DNA of 64,000 nucleotides from Botryllus schlosseri (Eukaryota): NCBI GenBank assembly GCA_051294905.1, contig CM119378.1, positions 1,302,001 to 1,366,000 of the forward strand, read 5' to 3'. Shown piece by piece: positions 27,801 to 39,830 of this stretch (position 1 is its first letter; each line of letters starts with the position of its first letter). The notes under the pieces were generated by a model. It saw only the letters and a program-made list of their open reading frames with translations, ran no database searches and was not told where the DNA came from. The position numbers and the translations under genes were made by a program.

Positions 27801-27986
27801 TTGAGAACCATACATCACCGGTATAGATATGTTTATATAAACTACTCTATATTCTATAGTCAATATGAAAACACATGAGTACATACCTGAAGTTGTTGGC
27901 GATGCAAAGGAATGTGACTCCAGCAAGCCCAAACATTGCCAACAACAGCTCATTAATCCCAATACGCAAAGCAACCTTGCGGTCAT
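9863..27986 (-). CDS. Transmembrane semaphorin (signal peptide, Sema, PSI, Ig, TM, cytoplasmic tail; class-4-like architecture)
   Basis: Exons with GT-AG ends and matching phases: 27986-27887, 25156-25034, 24974-24793, 24566-24207, 23376-23203, 23135-23025, 22077-21877, 14258-14157, 13616-13383, 12406-12292, 12228-12127, 11809-11657, 11278-11183, 10717-10642, plus a probable last exon of about 10146-9863. Motifs include TLFVGARE, ECGNLIQV..ICGTN, VCANDAGG..KWTSLLKLRLQCS, SAVCSFRLSDI, RPGMCP, VLFVATDSGRIHKVV, RDPFCGWD, DSAFYEC and TM AVLVFLLLLALAAF. The cytoplasmic exon is the least certain. Confidence 0.9.
12930..13333. mobile_element. MITE family with attagaattag/ctaattcta repeats
   Basis: Ends are cagacttggacaagtag and ctacttgtccaa. 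Homologous pieces lie at about 4375-4750, 10780-11050, 11890-12110, 19310-19580, 25280-25610, 43050-43160 and 52277-52560. Confidence 0.7.
13798..14050 (-). mobile_element. 3' end of the LINE family seen at 60188-61102, including its (atg)n tail
   Basis: It is the reverse complement of 60890-61102. The (cat)n run explains the poly-His ORF in the track. Confidence 0.8.
14296..15853. mobile_element. hAT MITE (tagggcaagtttttg family) carrying a nested element
   Basis: The ends match the intact copy at 50307-50686 in reverse orientation. Flanks gtaataaa and gtaataat form a near-TSD. Confidence 0.7.
14928..15642. mobile_element. hAT (Buster/Charlie-like) MITE
   Basis: TIRs are caggggcgggcaac and gttgcccacccctg, with TSD gtatacat at 14920-14927 and 15643-15650. 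Confidence 0.88.
16900..17241. repeat. Interspersed repeat with internal cgctggcct...aatcgcatctgcaataggcc units; second direct copy at about 20350-20660
   Basis: Both copies share aatcgcatctg-aataggcc, gagacaatgccgtt and gtgacatcgc-aaac-gaacgac in the same order. Confidence 0.65.
17271..20129. mobile_element. Foldback-like element with (gaaacttat)n minisatellite arms
   Basis: 54-bp perfect TIRs starting gggtgcctttattttgtgctaggaaacttatg are followed by inverted arrays of 9-10-bp units at 17292-17505 and 19963-20108. Confidence 0.8.
18419..18943. mobile_element. hAT MITE (tagggctgggc family)
   Basis: TIRs are taggggtgggca and ttcccagcccta, with TSD atcacgac at 18411-18418 and 18944-18951. It is an inverted homolog of 9042-9558. 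Confidence 0.88.
21157..21863. mobile_element. hAT (Buster/Charlie-like) MITE
   Basis: TIRs are cagggccggccaacc and ggttggccagccctg, with TSD gtttagag at 21149-21156 and 21864-21871. Confidence 0.88.
23698..24114. mobile_element. MITE with (aactag)n subterminal repeats
   Basis: Ends are cagacttgtacgaactact and agtagcttgtacaagtttg. A related element lies at about 54105-54545. No TSD was resolved. Confidence 0.6.
27034..27310 (+). mobile_element. tRNA-derived SINE (second family)
   Basis: A box tagcgtagtgg, degenerate B box ggttagattcc and a (caa)n tail. The 3' half recurs at 32090-32255. Confidence 0.75.
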
Positions 27987-28099
27987 CTTGCCGTCTCAGC
28001 TGATGTGCAGAGTATACTTACTACTGTTCTATAGCAATCAACTGCGCAATAAGGTAAATATACCGGAGTGCGATGGCTTGATTGCAGCACTTCAATTAA

Positions 28100-28186
28100 T
28101 CCCCTGATTGAATGACAGCGAGCAGCTCAATATGTACAGTGTACAATTGTACATATTGAGCTGCTCGCTGTCATTCAATCAGGGGA
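28100..28186. repeat. Perfect 39-bp inverted repeat with a 9-nt loop
   Basis: tcccctgattgaatgacagcgagcagctcaatatgtaca (28100-28138) is the exact reverse complement of 28148-28186. Confidence 0.95.
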
Positions 28187-28958
28187 CTACGTATACGTTA
28201 ATAGGTATCCTAATGTGAAATGATGTAGTTATATTCGCATTGGTTATAACAACTCAGAGCATGAGCCTACGAAGGACGAAGAACTATTTAACCACTTACA
28301 CCTAGTATCACCTTTCGTGACCTCAACACACAGTACAAATCACAATGCTACCTCAAAAATCATCCACCATACGCCGCAGTGACGAAATAGGAACTTGGTT
28401 TTGCTCAGGAAATACAGGATGGAAATAATTGTCGTCTCGGTGTGCGACAGGTTGTTTATAGCCTCTTGCGAGAAAACGGCGGTAATGAAATGGACTTTAT
28501 TGAATCGAAATAATTCCGTTATCTATTTCCTGCGTGCTGGTGCTGTACTCCATACGACATTTTGTCCTTAACCGTTGAGGAGGTGGAAGTGCTGCAACGA
28601 AACAGTCGTGAACTTTCAATGAGATCTCCTAAATTTGAAGTCCAACTGTTATCTCGCATTAGGGAGTTAGGAAACACTTGATCCAAACAGGTCAGCAGGT
28701 CCTCGCGTCGCGTCATCGGTAGCTGACTGATTACTCGCGGCTAGTGTCATATGATTGTTTATTGTCCTTTAAGTACTCGTCTTTTTACGAAGAAATCAAT
28801 TATATATGCATAGGCTACCAAATCTAAATGATGACGATTACGATTAAAACTAACTAAGATAAATAGGTGCGATTTGAATTAACTTCATTATAAATCAACA
28901 ATTATTTATTAGCGATCATCAACTTTTAAAATCTGTGTTTTCGGTAGAACGGATATAG

Positions 28959-31547
28959 CAGAGGTCTCAAACTCAATGCCAATTTCCTACGGTTTGATGG
29001 CGCCGCAGACCGCTGCACCAATAATAGGGGGATTCAATGTATTTTCAAGAAGGCCTTATTTGACGGGACCTTGCAGACTGACATTCCACACACATCCTAA
29101 AAATGTGATATACAATTGTGAATTCACGCTGCCACCGAAAAAATAACATTTTTAGATATTTGAATAAAATTGTTGCTGTACTTGACATAGTTTGTCCAAA
29201 TAATTAGTTGTAGACACCACGCGAGAGCACAAATGCATCAGGATAGTAAAAGCTGTCGCGTTATAATTTTGCTGCCAGCGGACATTTGACGTGCCGCAAT
29301 TATAGGTAGAATTTTACAATTTTACAATGATTGATCTGATATCAGAGCATTGGAGCAGTACAGCCTAATCCGTATTTAGAGTATACTCCTTATCAACACC
29401 GTAACTGCCGCACCCCAAATCCCCCAATTGGGGAGGGGCGAGCTCGAAGGGGGCCCAAAATTATTTCGTGAATTAGCATAAATCATAGAGTATTTTTTTA
29501 ATATGGAATATGGAATCTCGGTCCATTTTTTGAAATAAATCCTGCGTGATGAGAGCTTTTCTGCATAGAATAATTAAGCAATTGAACAGAAAATCCTGCG
29601 TGACGTTGCCACCAAATATTTATGCAATTTTTTTCCAAATTTTTTGGCGCTTCGCGCGAATTCAGGTTTCCATTTTTCTATATTATTGGGTATTGGGCCA
29701 TTACCGCGCCACGACCCACCATGACATACAATCAAGTTTTAGGCCATATAACATGCGACTCCAAGAAGTGTGCCAGAACGATCGGCAGCGAGAAAAGCTT
29801 GGCCGAAAAGGTCTATGCCCTTATGCAGACCGAAGACTTCGTTATATAGGCTATACAAAATACATATAGGTTTAATTGTCCATAGGCGCCTAAATGACTG
29901 GCGCTGAATGTTCCTGTCTTTGCAATCTGAACCTCACAAGACAAATACCATCCCGCCGGGAAAAATTATATGCCAGTGAACAAATACCAATTTGAAATCG
30001 TGTGCGTCTCTTATTTTAGAAGCCTACGTTTGGGCGATTCTATATTTTTTGATATAGACTGGAAGTCACGAAATAACACCATGTAACGAAGTCATATAAA
30101 CGGGTCCGCCCACCCGAAGATGTTTAATCATCATTTATGGGCCCTCCCATTTTCAAGACACTTCACTCAGCTCTACCGGTAAATCTAATTACGTGCGTAG
30201 AGAGGACAATAAATTGATAGCATAATAAATATGCAATCGCCGATCTGATTGACCGATTTTATCATAAATTATCGAAAATTTTCGCGCATCGCGTTGGCTC
30301 ACAATACAGTACAGATAATTTTGTGACTAACGCGAACAACGTGATTGGGGGGGGGGTCGTTTTATCACCTTATGAGAACCCAAGACCCACGTTTTTGGGG
30401 GCCTGACGAGGTGCTGTTTCATTCCTGCCAACGGGTATACGGCCGAAGATGATTAATTATTGAGTGGTCCTACCTTTTCAAACACACCTCACTCAGCTCT
30501 ACCGGCAAATCTGATTACGTCAGCAGAGAGAAGATAAATATTGATAAAAATATATGCAATTCCCGATCATACTGACCGATGAAATCGTGAATTCTAGAAA
30601 TTTTGCGCGCTTCGCGCGCTTAGGCGACAAAAGCTGATTCACTAAACAAACTCCCAATGAATATAATGAATAGCGGTAAACAGTGTATCGCCTGAGGGGG
30701 GTCTGGGGGGCCAAGCCCCTCAGTAGTTCGGTCTATAACCCTATGGGGGGCCCAAGACCAAAGTTGTGGGAGGCTGAAGAAGTGCTGTTACGGACCTGCT
30801 CCTTATAACCAGGCTATTTATCATGTCATTACCGAAGTCAAATTAAATCAGCGTTAGAGTTACCTCCGAATATTTTAACAGATCCATAACAACTTGAATA
30901 TAATGTGTGCCATTGCAATAGTAATGTCCAATGTGTTACAGCTGTAAAGCGTAGGCTACGACTAGTTTATACTCGATAGTAGCATTGATAGACATACCCA
31001 AGATGACACAGGATGTAACCAACTATACATCAAGAGGGCAACACAAAAGCCAATGGTTGCTATACCGACCTGATTCGATATCTAAATAAGTTACGAAACA
31101 CAAGCTACGACCTTTTGATATTTTACTATTTTCCATACCAGTTTGATAGTTCGTTGCGTCCGCGGTTGTACCAAGTCGCGGCGTTCCGCGTCACAAAAGT
31201 CCTTCTCTGGTTGTATCTTTTGACGCGACTCAAGTCGAGTCATTTTTATTTTATCACTAGTTGAGTCCGCGACCAATTCCAAATCAAAATTTTCAGTACG
31301 AATCATCAACGGGTCATGTTTAAACCATCATAAACAAATAATGTCACGTACAATAGGTAATCTTCCACTGCGTCGTAACTTATGAAAGTGATGTAGGCTA
31401 ATAATGCAGTTTGATGAGTGGTATCTGGCTTATGGAGTAGTTTTATAGCAAATTTTAAGTTCTCAAATTAAAAAAATTGTAGCTAAATATTGTCGAAATA
31501 CTTCGAAATCCAAAATGCCGTCGCGGGCCTCGTGTTTGAGACCTCTG
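28959..31547. mobile_element. hAT (Buster/Charlie-like) element with nested insertions
   Basis: TIRs are cagaggtctcaaac and gtttgagacctctg, with TSD ggatatag at 28951-28958 and 31548-31555. Confidence 0.88.
29394..30798 (+). mobile_element. 1.4-kb non-autonomous hAT element
   Basis: Ends are caacaccgtaactgc and gctgttacggacctg, with TSD ctccttat at 29386-29393 and 30799-30806. There is an internal duplication (about 30110-30290 vs 30445-30620) and no transposase ORF. Confidence 0.85.
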
Positions 31548-32082
31548 GGATATAGTCTGACATCAAGCCACTAACTCGTAATTCGGTTTTGCAGGGTTCG
31601 AGTTTTAGAGTAAGACACTAATATGAGATTCCAGCAGGGCCGCACACAATTATACCATACATGCACAACATAAATAAGCGTGAAGTAAGCAGACTTAAGG
31701 ACCATGAGTTTGGTGGTAACCACGCTGAACCATATCCCATATAAAATCGTTGTCGAGGACAAATAAAATTAAAGCAATAAGATATAATGCTGGTGAATTG
31801 ATTAGACATATAATATAATAAGTGTATTAGTCGATCATCAGTTATAATAAATCATAATGTACAACATGGGATGTTGAACGCATGTATGTTTGCTCATTGC
31901 GTTGCAGGGAAAGTGAATTTTGCGCGTAATGCAACATTTACTGAACTCTAGAGCAGAAACATTCTGCGGTGAATGGGGTGACCAACATCGTCGGTCATGT
32001 ATAGGCCCAAATATCGAAAACATGATATCCTAATCCAGTGGTTCTTAACAAGGCTTGAAGCCAATAAGACACATACTGAACT

Positions 32083-32255
32083 CAGGTTTCCCTAGGCTCC
32101 TCCTCGCCACCTCATCCGCGTCAGCGGTGTCTTACAAAAGCCTAGAGGTGGTCCGTGCTATAAGTCGGCAGTTACGGAAAATAAGAAGAATATCGGCCTG
32201 GTGTAAATGACCATAGTAGTCGACAAACACCATGAATACCCCAAAACAAACAAAC
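32083..32255 (+). mobile_element. 5'-truncated SINE copy flanked by a 36-bp direct repeat
   Basis: Homologous to 27143-27305. The flanks aacaaggcttgaagccaataagacacatactgaact occur at 32047-32082 and 32253-32288. Confidence 0.8.
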
Positions 32256-34015
32256 AAGGCTTGAAGCCAATAAGACACATACTGAACTGAGAAATATGGT
32301 TCGTGATATGTTGTCTGTCATGGCCATCATTAGATGCGGTAGGCGCATTGCGACTGTCTGGTATAGAATGTCGTGTGCATAGTGGCGTGCCAAGAGAAGT
32401 TGGGGTTCGAGAACGTGTCCGCCCTCAAGATTACCGGACTACGACATGACCTATATCCATCTCGCCTTCCGTGACATGCCACCCCATTTTTTCGATTCCT
32501 ACTTTCGTATGCACGCAATATTTCGGTTCGCAAAGAATGAATTATGTCGTATCACGCTCAGTTTCAAGGTCAAACCAGGTAATGACTTAACTTTCATTCT
32601 AATGTCGCATGAAGATTCATAAGTTTTGAAACTCCATGTTCAAATAATTGAAATCCATATACCCAATCCAGTCGTAACTCGAATTCGAGAGCTATCTAAA
32701 TACGACGGATTCGATGTTGCAAAAGTGGCCTGGCTTTTGCGTTTCAGTGTCCAGACTCATTCCTACGTGAATTCAATCAACAAGAATCAAGATAACATGT
32801 GAAATTTCTATTTCGTGCAAGAATATAGCAAGTATCAATAGCAGTATGTTATATAATACGAATAATATTTGCTTAAAATTTACATGCTAACAAATTGCCT
32901 GAGTCGCGGCGAAAAGTGTATGAGACCTCAGATATAGGTTGCTGATTTATTCCTGTCTATATCAACCCCAATATCAGTTTGATTTCACAACACAACACAA
33001 CGAAAACATATTTTTCCTAGTATTAACTATACAAAATCCAATGAAGACATGCATAGACAAGGGTATATATTAAAGAATCTCACATGCATAGCCACATATA
33101 CTTGGAAAGAGCAGCACACCGGGGGCCTGAATATACGCCTTTTGTTTCATCCGTACGCGCGTCAAGACTGGAGTTCAAGTTGTAACAGTTGACGACATTC
33201 CCAATCCTACACAATGAAGAGTCATCATAGCTGGAGCCAAGTTTCCGACAGCCTTGAGAATATTGGGTCACATCCTGTTCTTGAAAAGCCATTTTCTTCC
33301 GAAAGGGTCTTTAGCAGAATAAACAAAGGGCTTTAGACGCACTCCAGGTCAACAAGCGTTGTGAATATTCCCTCGTGCACCGTAATGTCATGTAGTATAC
33401 CGCGCAGAATTTTGTAATTATTGCAAAAGCACAGTAAAGCAGTCTCTTGCCTGCGAGTTCCAACTGTCACATACACTGCACTGTGAAAGTATATCGCGTT
33501 AATTGTACGCTGTTGTCATTAAAATATTATCCTTGGTTGATCAGATATCGCATATCCTGGAATGACATAATGATGAGGTATACATGACAATCGCAAAACA
33601 ACGGGACAACATCAACAAAGACGAAAAAGGCTCTCAAGTTCTTTGTGATCCTCAAGTTGTATATAATGCGAGAGTGCCGTAATGAAACCCGGATTCGCGA
33701 TCAAAGTTTACGCTTTGAAACGTAGGCCTACCATGTTTTATATTCCAGCAGTTCGATAGGCAATGGTCGCAGGTGTTGGGCTGTTCGGCATTCACGTAAA
33801 ATATACGACCACTGTAATGCTTATATCCCCGTTTTACTGGAGTTGATGAACCGGGTCCAGGCTACTAACAAGATTTCGTCTCAGGATTGGAGAACCCAAT
33901 GCAACCAAGTTGAATTTATTAGCATTGTTAATCAGAATCATTCGATTTCTACAGTGCGTATATCTACATTCTACAACCGTGTTTGACGATACAATTGGTA
34001 CAAGACAGCAAGAAA

Positions 34016-34716
34016 ATGTGGAAGAAGCTTCTTTTTTGCATGTTGCTATTTATCAGCATGTACAGTATGGTACGCAACTTATACGCATCCGTCATGATAG
34101 AATGATACCTTGAATTACGTTGTCATATCACGCACAAACATTTATTTGTCGTCTTGTCGAGCAGTTTCGACAATTTACTGCGTCTCGGTCCAGGTTGTCG
34201 TGTCTACGTTTGATCTTGCGATAGTTCGAAAGCATCAGAAATTGAAATGTGAAGTACGATTGCTCAAATCCATGATTTTTGTTCAGATTCATGCAAAGGC
34301 TTTGCTGATAACTGATGAATGCGACAATGATGACGATTGCAAAGATAACCTCGGATGTGATTACCAGTAAGTGTTCGTGTTTGGATACGGTGACGATCAA
34401 GACTTCCAGTGCAATACGAGAGTAATAACCAAACTAGCATTCTCGTTGATCAATTAATTGTAGTGGCGAGACGTATCATTCCAGTATTCGAAAAAGTCGT
34501 CTTTCACCACTCGACTCTTTACAATTTATAGCCTGCACGATTTGAATTGTAGTCCTCGAATCATTGTGACCAGAAACACTTTCAATAACCTCGACGTCTG
34601 TCATTTTATGTGTGATACACGCCACACTGCTCTCAAAATGACAGTTTATTCACGCGGGAGTCATTTTCAGAACAAAGATGTGCCTCATCGGACACAAAAT
34701 TGAGTGGGGGATTTAA
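34016..34716 (+). CDS. Putative small secreted cysteine-rich peptide (59 aa, three exons)
   Basis: Exons 34016-34069, 34287-34366 and 34671-34716 have GT-AG introns (phase 0, then 2). They give MWKKLLFCMLLFISMYSMIHAKALLITDECDNDDDCKDNLGCDYQTKMCLIGHKIEWGI*, a signal-peptide-like N-terminus plus C-x5-C-x5-C-x6-C. Confidence 0.68.
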
Positions 34717-35187
34717 AGAGAGAGATGAAGTAAGCAAGAGGAGAATGCTGTATTTCGTAGTTTTCGTCTCGTGTCAAACGTAGACTGTCGAGTCATAGAA
34801 ATAACCGTTACAAAATGATCATCAGATTTGATGAATTTAGTTCAAATACACTCCTTGAAATTTAAACTGTGTTTCTTGATGAGATGAAGTAAGATATTCC
34901 GCAAAAAACGCAGACTGCAGGCGCGGATGAAGCGGGTATCTATTATAAAACATGAGCTAACTATAATCATGACCAAGTGGGAACTTTTCTACTCCTGCCG
35001 AACGCCGGGATGCTGTGGCAAGCTGATGAGACAAGAGTAATGTATGAAAACTGTATAATTATATTGTAATAAGCGTCAGTTGTAATGGATCCACGCAGAA
35101 TTAGAGCTGCCCTGAACGGTCGGTTTCGCAAATTTTTGTTGCTGTAGGCTCGGTGAACACTGAACATATAATAAACACATGCAATTG

Positions 35188-35497
35188 AATACAACATCGA
35201 CGCTCGGCGAGAGAACCTTTTCTTCCTCGGCCGCTATTCTGTGGAACAATCTTCCATTTTCTATCAGACCATCTGACTCACTATATGTTTTCAAACGCAA
35301 AATCAAGACCGTTTTATTCACACGAGCGTTCGAACTACAGTAGTGTTCATTCCGCCCTACAGCTACAACCATGCACGCCGTATTTTAGGCATATCGTTTA
35401 CTTTTATATTTTTATTGCCTTTTACGTACAGCGCCCTATACTGTAGTAATTATGTGTTATTATATTCGGCGCTCTATAAATTATTATATTATTATTC
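35188..35497 (+). mobile_element. L2-clade LINE 3' fragment
   Basis: It translates LGERTFSSSAAILWNNLPFSIRPSDSLYVFKRKIKTVLF...* (stop 35341-35343), the typical L2/CR1 ORF2 C-terminal motif. This is followed by a cagcgcc...ggcgct stem and a (tat)n tail. Confidence 0.8.
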
Positions 35498-36211
35498 TCA
35501 TTAATAATATATTCTTATTGAAATATCTTTTCGGGTTTATTTCAGTATGAATATGTCACTCAATTGTATGTTGAAGTTCTATACCTATCCAAGAGTGTCT
35601 TCAAATGTCAGAATGCTGTAATAATGTTAAAATCACACCATTTTTTAAATTCAACCCTATAACCATATGCAGACGCTGCATCACGGCGGCAGCGTGGCAC
35701 AATTCGAAGAGGCACTTAGCGTAAGATAAAACGAATCCTTGCATCGTAAAAAAGTAAGTGTAACTGTAAGCGGACATTGAATTAATACGAAACAGATGAT
35801 TGCAAGTAGAGTCAGCGTACACCTATATCGTATTTTGGAACCGAATATCGAAAACTAGCAATTTCACCGATCACCTCGATAGCGATATATTCAGCCGATA
35901 TTTGAACGATATAGCATTACAGCGCATTTCCAGAATTTCACAGCATTTATTGAACAGCCATCCAGCTATTGCTATGTTGGATATGAAATAAATTAGAAAT
36001 ATTTCACCTAGATACCAGTAGGCAGAGGTGGTCAGTAGCTAACTATTTATATTTTTCCTGAATACTAAAGTAGGTTTTGCCTACTTGCCCTCATATTATT
36101 CAAGTAGTTATGATTTGAGACTATTTCGAGTTTCGACCTCTACTGCACAGTTTTCACTTGTTTCGGCAAAATAGGCCTAGAAGGTACTATTTCCCTTGTT
36201 TGAAGATAGTT

Positions 36212-36380
36212 GCGGGGGACATAGCGCAGTGGTGACGATAAGCGCCTACTACTCTGGCGGACCCGATTCGATTCCTGTCGTAGGTTTATCTGGGCTCCTC
36301 TTTCCCCCCTCTCGCCGTTCTTACGACGACAAAAAAGCCCAGGAAAAGACCCGACGAAAGACAGCACTCACAAGGAATGG
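36212..36380 (+). mobile_element. Degenerate tRNA-derived SINE head
   Basis: A-box-like tagcgcagtgg and B-box-like gattcgattcc occur at tRNA-like spacing, with no intact acceptor stem. Confidence 0.5.
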
Positions 36381-39300
36381 AAAGAACTAGTAGAAAGAGC
36401 CGCGGCTTCAAAGAAATTTCAGCATCGAAAAAGAACTGTGACATCGGGCAGTCTAGGCCGAGGTGGATATTAGATTAAAAGGATCGCAACTGCGTGTCGT
36501 TCGACATCCTCCGATCTGTTCATTACATCGCATTGTGTCCTATCGCATTGTACATTGAGTGTGACTTGTTCAGATGAAAAATATAACAGAATGAATGTTG
36601 TATAGTTAGTTCTACTTGTACTCAAGTATAGAAATTAACGACGTAACTTCATCGTGAGTACCAACGATAGCTACTTTAATCACATATGTGCAAGCTATAA
36701 AATAGATCGATACTCCCAGTCCAGCAGCAGATTTTAATCTCTCACTCATCTTGTGCCGCCGAGAAAATTGAAGATAATATTACCTCTAATGGCCCATACG
36801 GATATTTCTTTTAAAGTGTGATGTCCAAACAATACTATCGGCGAACCGATAACAATCGCTCGGGCTCAAATCAATCGCTAGGCCTCAAATTACATGAAAT
36901 AATGAAGACTGCGGTCATCACAGTAATTCGTCTAGTACCGGAACTCAATGGCTTTGCCGTCGCATTGAGTTGCTCGCGTCGTCGCTGCAATTGTTTGCTG
37001 ACTACAGCGGCGTTTTGTCTGCGTTGCTGATGCGTTTCCTATTGACACGTCCGCCAGATCGAGTTTCCTCTTCAAGTGATTAGTGATATTATAGAATGTA
37101 AACGTTTACATTCTATAGTGATATAAAACTGTCCTGTAGGTTGTTCAGAATTGAACGACTTTCAAAAAGTCATGGTTTTCAGTACGTTTCCCTTGCCTTA
37201 TGCCTTAAAAACAAATTCTAGCTACTTTTTTGTAACTCATCCCTTGCATGTGTGGGCATGTTGAGCTGGAAGAACAATGAACATCGGCAGAAAACGGGGG
37301 ATTCCCCTACAATTTGAGTCCCACGATTTTACTTAGCCTACTAAAATGCCATTTATGTCATAGTTTAAGCAGCTGTTGTGGTTTGGGGTGATGTACGACC
37401 TCACTATAAATATTTTTTCGGGTTCAGGACACCATTTTGATATTGCACACTGTCTTGGAAATCCTCAAACTTACTTAAAACTTAGCATCATTTTGCACGA
37501 TTCACCATGCAAAACAATATAACTGTAAATACACCATCCAATTGCACAGCGACATTGTAAATATCTTATTATTCAATGAAACGTAAGAAAATAAAGTGGA
37601 ACAGGATAATGAAGCAAAACAATAAAAACAAATAAATGGATTTATTTGACAAAAATCCAATACCAATCAGGTGGATGAATGGGTTGATTTTTCTTAATTT
37701 TGAAATCTTTGCCGGAGATCTTCCGTGGCTTGTAAGAGACTGTCTGGTGTTTTCTGTCGTCAGGTATGTACATAGCGCGGTCGGTATTTAAATTCATCAT
37801 ACGTGCTGCTGTATCGTTAAGTTCTTGACCACTATTGACAGATTCCCGAGCACTCCTGAGACGCGGATTACTATGCTACCCTGGCACTGGAAGACTCGAC
37901 CTGATGGTGTTCCACAGCTATAGCATCAATAAGAACCAGGATTCTGTCCTAATCAAATGCACAATTAAAACATGACATAGGTCTCTGTGTCATTGAATAG
38001 GTTTACAGTCAGAAATGTAGATGAATGATCAGATTAATTTTGTGCAAATCTGAAATCCCTGCTATGGGGGTGTCAGCTGCCTCTGACTAAAATATATGTG
38101 CTCTAGCTGTAAGTTCACCTTCATTACTTCATGCTGCTGCAGACCGCTGAAGAAAACAGACTTTTTGCATGTGATAAAGAAATTAGAAGGCATAGCATTT
38201 TACCATGATCGAGGGTCCCAGATTAGCAACGATTGGCGCCAAAGACAAAGAATAGTTTTTTTTTTATTAAACTCGTGCAATAAGCTGCTAGAGTTGCATC
38301 GCCGCAGTAAGTGGCCAGGTAAACATATACAGAGAGCTCTTGTATATCTGCACAAGCACCTGATTCTCCCCATAACAGTGATTTTGAACTTGCACAATAT
38401 GTATCTGATCATCCATCTAAATTTATTGCTCTGAAAGTCACTGTAAACCAAATAAACGGCAGAGATCTATGCCAGTATTTTTAAACGTTGATTTGCCTGA
38501 GACATCTTTTTCGTTCACATTGGGGGTATAGTGGTTAAACACCATTGAACGAGTCTTCCAGTTTCAGAATGACATAGGTATCCGCATTTCGTGAGTGCTC
38601 GGGAATTCGTGAATAAGTGTCAAGTACTTAACGATCCAGGAGAATGCATGATAAAATTATATCCCGACAACGCTATGTACAATGTACATTATACATACCG
38701 TACGACAGAAAACAACAGGTCTGTCTCTTACTACCCGTGGAAACTCTCTGGCAAAGAGATCAAAATTTGAAAAATTCAACCCATTCATCCACCTGATTGG
38801 TATCGGATTTATGCGAAATTAATCCATTTCTTTGTTATGTTGTTTCGCTTCGTTATCCATTTTCACGTTATGTTCTTACGTTTCATTGAATAATAAGATA
38901 TTTACTAGGGATGGTGTGAGCCTCTGAAATGTTCAGGTTCGTGTGAACGCGAACCTTTTTCAAAGGTTCTGTATGAACGCGAACGTGAACCTCATGCCGT
39001 CACGTGACGTCATATTGCTAATTCTAACCAACTCAGGCCACATACCGCTACAATGCTGGAGTGCATATTGACGTTTTAAACATCGTCAAATGTATCAGCT
39101 GGGGCAATCAAATGATAAAATAATCTCATAAAATTAATATCTTCCGTCGCTTTGCCAACAATTTCGACGAGGACTTGCGAGGGAATATAAGCTTATACCC
39201 TTTAACGGTTCAGGCCAGACCGGACTATGTATTCGAAGTCTGAGTATGTATGGCAACGTTGATATTGAGCAGAGTGTAACATGGGTTTCCATACTTGCTA

Positions 39301-39830
39301 CCGATATTACTCCATTAACAAGTTATACAGCAGTAGCCAACACCCCAATCGCACGAACTTGTTTTTTATGACATAATAAGCATATGAAGTCAAGATTGAC
39401 CCCGTACGCCTGCTAGATTGTTTACATCAGACAACGATGTCAACTTCACTGATTGGTTGAATATGAATAAGTATCATTCGATGACTACCTAGATGTAGTG
39501 TATTTAGCTCTTGATGTTGTGTTATTTCGGGTCACCCTCATAGCAGAGAGTCACTTCGAGCACACTTTTGTATCAAAGTAAGTTAAATTTTTGAGATTGT
39601 CAAGGTGCATGCTCGTTTAGTGTTGATTTCGTACGTTTCCAGCGCCATGCATGTAGTGGCCCGCAGTTGGAATGCAATAAATTTCAACCAAAGAAGTTGT
39701 AATGAAGTAAGAATTGCAATATATGAAAAAGGCTCATATTGCAGAACCTACCAAGGTTCGTTTGTGAACGTGAACCTCTAAATTTCTGAGGTTCACACAC
39801 AGAACGCGAACGTGAACGTCACGCTCACAC

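Noticed and set aside
29546..29869. Repeated ORF (also 7628-7981) as a transposase or gene family
   Set aside because: The frames are not conserved between copies and no transposase motif is visible. It is the non-coding interior of a hAT element.
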